DNA of 34,527 nucleotides from a virus (Duplodnaviria; Heunggongvirae; Uroviricota; Caudoviricetes): IMG/VR virus record IMGVR_UViG_3300029702_000330; one strand, 5' to 3'. Shown piece by piece: positions 27,768 to 34,527 of this stretch (position 1 is its first letter; each line of letters starts with the position of its first letter). The notes under the pieces were generated by a model. It saw only the letters and a program-made list of their open reading frames with translations, ran no database searches and was not told where the DNA came from. The position numbers and the translations under genes were made by a program.

Positions 27768-28346
27768 ATGAAGGGGCTTGAGAATGCCATCCGCAATCTG
27801 AACAGCCTTGATACCCGTATGGTGCCACAGGCCAGCGCATGGGCGATAAACCGTGTGGCACAGAAAGCGGTCTCGGTTGCCACCCGGCAGGTTGCCGGGA
27901 ATACCGTTGCGGGAGATAACCAGGTGAAAGGGATCCCCCTGAAACTGGTACGTCAGCGTGTCCGGGTGTTTAAAGCCAGTCCGTCAGGAAAAATGACGGC
28001 CAGGATCCGCGTTAACCGGGGCAATCTGCCCGCCATTAAGCTGGGGACAGCCCGGGTCAGACTGGCCCGGCGTGGTGGAAAACTGCAGTACCGTGGCAGC
28101 GTGCTGAAGGTGGGTAAATATCTTTTCCGGGATGCGTTTATTCAGCAACTGGCGAATGGTCGCTGGCATGTGATGCGACGTATTGATGGCAAAAATCGTT
28201 ACCCCATTGATGTGGTGAAAATCCCGCTGTCCGGGCCGCTGACACAGGCATTTGAAGATGCCCGCGACCACATCATTGCTGCGGAAATGCCGAAACAGCT
28301 GGGGTATGCACTGAAACAACAACTGAGGTTATGGCTGACCCGATGA
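27768..28346 (+). CDS. Z: Tail completion protein Z (lambda gpZ homologue)
   Basis: 192 aa; 'KGLE.A..NL...', 'RIRVNRGNLPAIKLG', 'FIQQLANGRWHVMRRIDGKNRYPIDVVKIP' match recalled lambda gpZ closely. Confidence 0.9.
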   Translation: MKGLENAIRNLNSLDTRMVPQASAWAINRVAQKAVSVATRQVAGNTVAGDNQVKGIPLKLVRQRVRVFKASPSGKMTARIRVNRGNLPAIKLGTARVRLARRGGKLQYRGSVLKVGKYLFRDAFIQQLANGRWHVMRRIDGKNRYPIDVVKIPLSGPLTQAFEDARDHIIAAEMPKQLGYALKQQLRLWLTR

Positions 28347-28744
28347 ACCGACATACACAAATCCGCCAGGCCGTACTGGCACGCCTTCGGGAACAGTGTG
28401 GAGACAGCGCCACATTTTTTGACGGGCTTCCGGCATTTATTGATGCGCAGGAACTGCCTGCCGTGGCGGTGTGGCTGAGTGATGCTCAGTACACCGGAAA
28501 AATGACGGATGAAGATGACTGGCAGGCTGTTCTGCATATTGCCGTCTTCATCCGGGCACAGGCACCGGATTCAGAGCTGGATATGTGGATGGAGAGCACC
28601 ATTTTCCCTGCCCTGAATGATATACCGGCACTTTCCGGACTCATCGACACCCTGATCCCACTCGGTTTTAACTATCAACGTGATAATGAGATGGCCACCT
28701 GGGCGATGGCGGAAATCACGTACCAGATCACGTACACGAATTAA
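28343..28744 (+). CDS. U: Tail terminator protein U (lambda gpU homologue)
   Basis: ATGA overlap with Z; 'ATFFDG.PA', 'PAVAVWLSDAQYTG', 'DSELDMWMES', 'DIPALS' match recalled lambda gpU. Confidence 0.9.
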   Translation: MNRHTQIRQAVLARLREQCGDSATFFDGLPAFIDAQELPAVAVWLSDAQYTGKMTDEDDWQAVLHIAVFIRAQAPDSELDMWMESTIFPALNDIPALSGLIDTLIPLGFNYQRDNEMATWAMAEITYQITYTN

Positions 28745-28754
28745 GGAGGTGGTA

Positions 28755-29498
28755 ATGACCACACCAAATCCACTGGCAAAGACGAAAGGTGCGGGGACGA
28801 CGTTCTGGATGTATACCGGCAACGGCGATGCGTTTGCGAACCCTTTGTCGGACACTGACTGGCTGCGTCTTGCGATGGTGAAGGATCTGCAACCTGGCGA
28901 AATGACCGCTGATGCAGAAGATGACACTTATCTCGATGATGAAGATGCAGACTGGAAAACGACAACCCAGGGGCAGAAATCCGTTGGTGATACTTCGGCG
29001 ACGCTGGCCTGGCGTCCGGGTGACAGCGGGCAGAAAAAACTGGTTCAGTTGTTCGACTCCGGTGAAGTCTGCGCGTTTCGTATCAAATATCCCAACGGCA
29101 CTGTTGATGTTTTCCGTGGCTGGCTGAGCTCACTGGGTAAAACCATTGCCTCAAAAGACGTGATGACCCGCACAGTGAAAATCAGCGGTGTTGGGCGTCC
29201 GTATCTGGCAGAGGAAGGCACTGAAACAGTGAGCGTTACCGGGCTGACGGTGGCACCGGCATCTGCCAGTGTAAAAGTGGGAGCAACCACCACGCTGACC
29301 TTTACAGTAAAACCTGACGGAGCCAGTGACAAAGCGATCAGCGTGCATTCGACAGATCCACAGACTGCCACGGTGACCCTGAACGGGCTTGTGGCCACGG
29401 TGAAAGGCGTGAAGCAGGGCAGTGTCAGCATTGTGGGCATGACTTCTGACGGCGATTTTGTGGCAGTGGCTACGGTGGCTGTCAGCGCCGCAGGTTAA
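28755..29498 (+). CDS. V: Major tail tube protein V with C-terminal Ig-like (Big_2-type) domain
   Basis: AAGGAGG RBS; 247 aa; C-terminal 'VTGLTVAPASASVKVGATTTLTFTVKPDGASDKAISV...' Ig-like repeat as in lambda gpV. Confidence 0.9.
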   Translation: MTTPNPLAKTKGAGTTFWMYTGNGDAFANPLSDTDWLRLAMVKDLQPGEMTADAEDDTYLDDEDADWKTTTQGQKSVGDTSATLAWRPGDSGQKKLVQLFDSGEVCAFRIKYPNGTVDVFRGWLSSLGKTIASKDVMTRTVKISGVGRPYLAEEGTETVSVTGLTVAPASASVKVGATTTLTFTVKPDGASDKAISVHSTDPQTATVTLNGLVATVKGVKQGSVSIVGMTSDGDFVAVATVAVSAAG

Positions 29499-29518
29499 CA
29501 GGACGATACTCATCATTT

Positions 29519-29542
29519 GCCCCGGTTATCAGGGGCTTTTTT
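29519..29542 (+). terminator. Terminator-like hairpin after V
   Basis: GCCCCGGTTATCAGGGGC followed by TTTTTT. Confidence 0.45.
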
Positions 29543-29558
29543 GCAGGTGGAGAACATG

Positions 29559-29945
29559 ATGTTTCTGAAACAGGGCACGTTTAATTATGAAAAGCAGTCC
29601 GTGGTGCTCAGTGAGCTGTCCGGGCTGCAGAGAATTGAATATCTGGCGTTTGTTCAGCAGCGAACGGCAAAGTTTGATGCCGAAGAGGGAGAACTGCCGG
29701 AGGCTGAACGACAGATTGCTTTTCTGCGGATGGGGATGGATATCAATGCCTGGCTGGTTTCCCGCTCACTGTGGAATGCGGAACAGTCTCAGGATGTTGA
29801 GACGCTTTGCGCATCCGTTATTACAACATGGTCGTATGATGCCCTGGGAGCGGGGGCGGAGATGGTTCTGTCGCTGAGCGGTATGGGAGCCATTGAGAAT
29901 GCCGGGGATTTGGAGCATGAGGTGCTGACGCCGGAAAAGTCCTGA
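29559..29945 (+). CDS. G: Tail assembly chaperone G
   Basis: 'MFLKQG...VVLSELSGLQRIEYLAFV' resembles lambda gpG; GGTGGAG RBS. Confidence 0.8.
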   Translation: MFLKQGTFNYEKQSVVLSELSGLQRIEYLAFVQQRTAKFDAEEGELPEAERQIAFLRMGMDINAWLVSRSLWNAEQSQDVETLCASVITTWSYDALGAGAEMVLSLSGMGAIENAGDLEHEVLTPEKS

Positions 29946-30283
29946 CGCGGGAAATGCAGTTTGTCATGCGGCTTGCCCGGGAGTTCCGGCGGGCAGACTG
30001 GCGGCGGATGCTGTCGGAAATGTCGGCCACTGAGCTTGGTGAGTGGGGCGATTATTTCCGGATGCAGAGCTTCAGTGATGTGTGGATGGATGCGCAGTTT
30101 GCCTCGCTGAAGGCATTGATCGTGAGAATGGTGTCCGGCAGCAGTGATGCTGCGGTGGCTGATTTCAGCCTTTTACCGGAAGAGAACGGGATACCGGAGC
30201 GAACGGACGAAGAACTGATGCATCTTGGGGAAGGTATTTCCGGAGGTGTGCGTTATGGACCAGATAGCCAACCTGGTCATTGA
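29921..30283 (+). CDS. T: T-segment of the G-T tail assembly chaperone, expected to be made as a G-T fusion by programmed -1 frameshift near the end of G
   Basis: The -1 frame is open from 29921 (overlapping the last 8 codons of G) to 30283; no independent RBS; candidate slip site GGAAAAG at 29933-29939. Confidence 0.6.
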   Translation, partial: GADAGKVLTREMQFVMRLAREFRRADWRRMLSEMSATELGEWGDYFRMQSFSDVWMDAQFASLKALIVRMVSGSSDAAVADFSLLPEENGIPERTDEELMHLGEGISGGVRYGPDSQPGH

Positions 30284-33200
30284 TTTGGGGATTGATGCGG
30301 CAGAGTTTAAAAATGAAATTCCCCGTATCAAAAACCTTCTGAATGGTGCAGCCAGCGATGCAGAACGGTCTTCTGCCCGTATGCAGCGTTTTATGGAGCG
30401 TCAGACTCAGGCCGCCCGGCAGACAATGCAGGCGGCGTCTTCGGCTGCAACAGCCGCATCCGTCCATGCGCAGACGGTGGAGAAGAGCGCACAGGCTCAT
30501 GAACGCATGGCCCGCGAGGTGGAGCAAACCCGCCAGCGTATGGAGGCACTGAGCCAGAAAATGCGCGAGGAACAGGCGCAGGCCATGGCTCTGGCGGAGG
30601 CTCAGGATAAAGCGGCTGCCGCGTTTTATCGTCAGATTGACAGTGTGAAACAGGCCAGTGCGGGGTTGCAGGAATTACAGCGTATTCAGCAGCAGATCCG
30701 ACAGGCCAGAAACAGTGGCGGGATTGGTCAGCAGGATTATCTGGCGCTGATTTCTGAGGTTACGGCGAAAACCCGTGTTCTTACGCAGGCTGAGGCAGAG
30801 GCTACCCGACAGAAAGTGGCGTTTATCCGTCAGCTTAAAGAGCAGGCAACCCGCCAGAATCTTTCTTCTTCTGAGTTGCTTCGTGCCAGGGCTGCCCAGC
30901 TGGGGGTAAGCAGTGCTGCAGAAGTGTATATCCGCAAAATGGAGCGGGCAGGAAAAGCCACGCATTCGCTGGGTCTGAAAAGTGCAGCGGCCCGCCAGGA
31001 GATAGGCGTTCTGATAGGTGAACTGGCCCGCGGCAATTTAGGGGCGCTGAGGGGATCCGGGATAACGCTGGCTAACCGTGCCGGATGGATAGACACACTG
31101 ATGTCACCGAAAGGCATGATGCTGGGCGGGGTTATTGGCGGTATTACCGCGGCCGTCTATGGTCTGGGTAAAGCCTGGTATGACGGTCAGAAGGAGGGGG
31201 AAGAATTTAACCGCCAGCTGTCGCTGACGGGGCATTATGCCGGAGTCACTGCCGGGCAGCTGTGGACGCTCAGTCGTACTATTTCCGGGAATGGTATCAC
31301 GCAACATGCTGCAGCCGGTGCGCTGGCTCAGGTGGTGGGGAGTGGTGCATTTCGTGGAAACGATATCGGTATGGTGGCGAGAGCTGCCGCACAGATGGAG
31401 CGATCGGTTGGCCAGTCGGTCAGCGATACCATAAATCAGTTTAAGCGGCTGAAGGATGATCCTGTAAATGCCGCGAAGTCTCTGGACAATGAGCTGCATT
31501 TTCTTACTGCCACTCAGCTTGAGCAGATACGCGTCCTTGGAGAGCAGGGGCGGTCCAGTGATGCTGCACGGATAGCCATGTCTGCACTGGCAGAGGAAAC
31601 CGGACGGCGTACTGCGGATATTGATAATAACCTCAATGCGCTGGGTAGTACGCTGCAAACCTTGTCTGACTGGTGGAAGCAGTTCTGGGATGCGGCCATG
31701 AATATTGGTCGTGAAGATTCGCTGGATGCGCAGATTGCCACTTTGCAGGAGAAAGTGTCGCGGGCGAAAAGACTCCCCTGGACGGCATCATCTTCTCAGG
31801 TTGAATACGATCAGCAGCGTCTTAACGATCTTCAGGAGAAAAAACGCCAGAAGGATTTGCAGGATGCAAAAGAGCAGGCAGAGCGGAATTATCAGGAGCA
31901 ACAGAAACGCCGTAATGCTGAAAATGCTGCACTGAACCGGATGAATGAAACGGAAGCTGCACGACATCAGCGTGAAATTGCGCGTATTAATGCCATGCAG
32001 TACGCCGATCAGGCTGTCAGGGATGCGGCGATACAACGTGAAAATGAACGTTACGAGAAAGCCCTGGCATCCGGTAAGAAAAAAACACGCGAAACCCGTA
32101 ATGATGAGGCCACCCGGTTATTGCTGCAGTACAGTCAGCAACAGGCACAGGTGGAAGGACAGATTGCTGCTGCAAGACAGTCAGCAGGCATTGCCACTGA
32201 CAGGATGACAGAAGCGCATAAACAGCTTCTGGCTCTGCAGCAGCGCATCAGCGATCTGGACGGGAAAAAACTGACGGCAGATGAAAAGAGTGTGCTGGCC
32301 CGTAAAGATGAACTGATTCAGGCACTGACGCTGCTGGATGTAAAACAGCAGGAGCTTCAGAAACAGACGGCACTCAACGATCTGAAGAAAAAAACAATTC
32401 AGCTGACCAGTCAACTGGCTGAAGAAGAGCGCGCTCAGCGTCAGCAACATGACCTGGATATCGCCACGGTGGGTATGGGTGATCAGCAGCGGCAGCGATA
32501 TCAGGTACAACTGAGTCTTCGCCAGAAATACCAGCAACAGCTGGAGCAGTTGAGGCGGGATAGTGAGCAGAAAGGGACATATAACACGGATGACTACAGA
32601 AAGGCCGAGCAGGCGCTGACGGAGAGCCTGAACCGACAACTGAATGAGAATCGCCGTTACTGGCAACAGCTTGAAGTTGTGCAGGGTAACTGGAAAAACG
32701 GAGTCCTGCGTGCATTTCAGGATTTTACCGTGGATGCAGATAATACGGCAGGAACAGCAGAACAGGTGTTCTCGTCAGCTTTCAGCAACATGGGAAATGG
32801 CCTGGCAACTTTTGTCACTACCGGCAAACTCAACTTCAAATCCTTCACCTCTTCGGTGCTGTCAGATATGGCGAAAATCCTGGCGCAGGCAACCATGATG
32901 AAATCGATAAAAGGGATTGGCAGTGTACTGGGATTTGATCTCAGCAGCCTTTCCCTGAATGCCAATGGGGGGATTTATCAGTCTGCTGATTTGAGTCGTT
33001 ACAGTGGCACGGTGGTTAACCGTCCGACGTTTTTTGCTTTTGCAAAAGGCGCGGGTGTGATGGGGGAAGCTGGACCTGAAGCCATTCTGCCACTGCGTCG
33101 TGGTGCTGACGGTAAGCTGGGGGTTGTGGCGGATATTGGTGGTTCAGGTATGGCGATGTTTGCCCCGCAGTACAACATCGAGATCAATAACGATGGCACG

Positions 33201-33320
33201 AACGGGCAGATAGGTCCGGCTGCCCTGAAGGTGGTTTATGACCTCGGGAAAAAAGCGGCAGCGGACTTTATGCAACAGCAGGCCCGTGATGGTGGTCGGT
33301 TAAGTGGAGCATATCGGTAA
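30255..33320 (+). CDS. H: Tail tape measure protein (lambda gpH-like)
   Basis: 1021 aa, Ala/Gln-rich coiled-coil, Gly-rich hydrophobic segment ('GMMLGGVIGGITAAVYGLG'); GGAGG RBS before the Met at 30255; position between G-T and M. Confidence 0.95.
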   Translation: MDQIANLVIDLGIDAAEFKNEIPRIKNLLNGAASDAERSSARMQRFMERQTQAARQTMQAASSAATAASVHAQTVEKSAQAHERMAREVEQTRQRMEALSQKMREEQAQAMALAEAQDKAAAAFYRQIDSVKQASAGLQELQRIQQQIRQARNSGGIGQQDYLALISEVTAKTRVLTQAEAEATRQKVAFIRQLKEQATRQNLSSSELLRARAAQLGVSSAAEVYIRKMERAGKATHSLGLKSAAARQEIGVLIGELARGNLGALRGSGITLANRAGWIDTLMSPKGMMLGGVIGGITAAVYGLGKAWYDGQKEGEEFNRQLSLTGHYAGVTAGQLWTLSRTISGNGITQHAAAGALAQVVGSGAFRGNDIGMVARAAAQMERSVGQSVSDTINQFKRLKDDPVNAAKSLDNELHFLTATQLEQIRVLGEQGRSSDAARIAMSALAEETGRRTADIDNNLNALGSTLQTLSDWWKQFWDAAMNIGREDSLDAQIATLQEKVSRAKRLPWTASSSQVEYDQQRLNDLQEKKRQKDLQDAKEQAERNYQEQQKRRNAENAALNRMNETEAARHQREIARINAMQYADQAVRDAAIQRENERYEKALASGKKKTRETRNDEATRLLLQYSQQQAQVEGQIAAARQSAGIATDRMTEAHKQLLALQQRISDLDGKKLTADEKSVLARKDELIQALTLLDVKQQELQKQTALNDLKKKTIQLTSQLAEEERAQRQQHDLDIATVGMGDQQRQRYQVQLSLRQKYQQQLEQLRRDSEQKGTYNTDDYRKAEQALTESLNRQLNENRRYWQQLEVVQGNWKNGVLRAFQDFTVDADNTAGTAEQVFSSAFSNMGNGLATFVTTGKLNFKSFTSSVLSDMAKILAQATMMKSIKGIGSVLGFDLSSLSLNANGGIYQSADLSRYSGTVVNRPTFFAFAKGAGVMGEAGPEAILPLRRGADGKLGVVADIGGSGMAMFAPQYNIEINNDGTNGQIGPAALKVVYDLGKKAAADFMQQQARDGGRLSGAYR

Positions 33321-33649
33321 TGGAGACGTTTCACTGGAAAGTGCGCCCGGATATGAATGTGGTATCAGAGCCGAAAGTGGTGACAGTGAAGCTGGGCGAT
33401 GGTTATGAACAGCGTCGTGCGGCGGGACTGAATAACCAGTTGTCGACTTACAGCGTGACGATACGTGTTCGTAAATGTGAACACCCATCTTTAAAAGCCT
33501 TTCTGGAACGGCACGGTGGCGTCCGCGCATTTCAGTGGACGCCACCTTATGACTGGAAGCCGATCAGGGTGGTTTGTCGTAAATGGTCGGCAAGCGTGGG
33601 GGCGCTGTGGGTAACCATAACGGCAGATTTTGAACAGGTCGTGGCATAG
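33320..33649 (+). CDS. M: Minor tail protein M (lambda gpM homologue)
   Basis: 109 aa, TAATG overlap with the tape measure stop; same size and position as lambda M. Confidence 0.9.
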   Translation: METFHWKVRPDMNVVSEPKVVTVKLGDGYEQRRAAGLNNQLSTYSVTIRVRKCEHPSLKAFLERHGGVRAFQWTPPYDWKPIRVVCRKWSASVGALWVTITADFEQVVA

Positions 33650-33655
33650 GAGGCC

Positions 33656-34318
33656 ATGATGCAGGATATTCCACAGGAAACACATCATGAGACGACACGC
33701 CTCACTCAGTCAGCCCAGGTGGTGCTCTGGGAAATCGATCTGACAGAGGTCGGTGGTGAACGTTATTTTTTCTGTAATGAGCAGAACGAAAAAGGTGAGC
33801 CGGTCACCTGGCAGGGGCGGCAGTATCAGGCATACCCCATTCAGGGGACAGGATTTGAACTGAACGGCAAGGGCAGTGCTGCCCGTCCGACACTGACGGT
33901 TTCTAACCTGCACGGTATGGTCACCGGTATGGCGGAAGATCTGCAGAGTCTGGTCGGCGGAACGGTGGTCCGGCGTAAGGTTTACGCCCGTTTTCTGGAT
34001 GCGGTGAACTTCGTCAACGGAAACAGTGATGCCGACCCGGAGCAGGAGGTGATCAGCCGCTGGCGCATCGAGCAGTGCAGTGAACTGAGTGCGGTCAGTG
34101 CTGTTTTTCCGGGGCGTATCATGCTGGCCAACACCTGCACCTGGACCTATCGCGGTGATGAGTGCGGTTATAACGGTCCGGCTGTCGCGGATGAATATGA
34201 CCAGCCGACGTCCGATATCACGAAGGATAAATGCAGCAAATGCCTGAGCGGCTGTAAGTTTCGCAATAACGTCGGCAACTTTGGCGGTTACCTTTCCATT
34301 AACAAACTTTCGCAGTAA
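33656..34318 (+). CDS. L: Minor tail protein L (lambda gpL homologue)
   Basis: 220 aa; AGGAGG RBS; C-terminal Cys cluster ('CTWTYRGDECGY', 'CSKCLSGC') as in lambda L. Confidence 0.9.
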   Translation: MMQDIPQETHHETTRLTQSAQVVLWEIDLTEVGGERYFFCNEQNEKGEPVTWQGRQYQAYPIQGTGFELNGKGSAARPTLTVSNLHGMVTGMAEDLQSLVGGTVVRRKVYARFLDAVNFVNGNSDADPEQEVISRWRIEQCSELSAVSAVFPGRIMLANTCTWTYRGDECGYNGPAVADEYDQPTSDITKDKCSKCLSGCKFRNNVGNFGGYLSINKLSQ

Positions 34319-34323
34319 ATCCC

Positions 34324-34527
34324 ATGACAGAGACAGAATCAGCGATTCTGGCGCACGCCCGGCGATGTGCGCCAGCGGAGTCGTGCGGCTTCGTGGTGAG
34401 AATGCCGGAGGGAGAAAGATATTTTCCCTGCGTGAATATCTCCGGTGAGCCGGAGGCGTATTTCCGGATGGCTCCGGAGGACTGGCTGCGGGCAGAAATG
34501 CAGGGTGAGATTGTGGCGCTGGTCCAC
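34324..34527 (+). CDS. K: Tail assembly protein K (lambda gpK homologue), 5' partial running off the window end
   Basis: Hand translation 'MTETESAILAHARRCAPAESCGFVV...GERYFPCVNISGEPEAYFRMAPEDWL...MQGEIVALVH' matches recalled lambda K N-terminus; not in the ORF track because no stop lies within the window. Confidence 0.8.
   Translation, partial: MTETESAILAHARRCAPAESCGFVVRMPEGERYFPCVNISGEPEAYFRMAPEDWLRAEMQGEIVALVH

Noticed and set aside
34339-34527. 62-aa - strand ORF at the window end
   Set aside because: Antisense to the clearly recognisable 5' part of tail gene K on the + strand.

Overview
This window is the left arm and centre of a lambdoid (Qin/Rac-like regulatory layout, lambda-like virion genes) enterobacterial prophage, read from the sequence alone without any database search. 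Order: integrase and excisionase (- strand), a large exonuclease, small early-left genes, a divergent CI/DicA-like repressor and Cro/DicC-like pair with palindromic operators, a YdaT-like gene, a replication initiator with internal iterons, an AT-rich accessory island carrying a DUF262 (ParB-like nuclease superfamily) protein, a hok/gef type I toxin, a DUF968 protein, antiterminator Q, three cold-shock paralogues interleaved with a pinholin/SAR-endolysin/spanin lysis cassette, then terminase small and large subunits, W, portal, a protease-capsid fusion, and tail genes Z, U, V, G/GT, H (tape measure), M, L and the start of K. The most interesting candidate for an undescribed system is the 604-aa DUF262 protein at 9011-10825, which sits alone in a low-GC island between terminators and looks like a phage-carried defence moron. 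All family assignments rest on motif recognition and recalled homologues; no tRNA, CRISPR array or IS element was seen.
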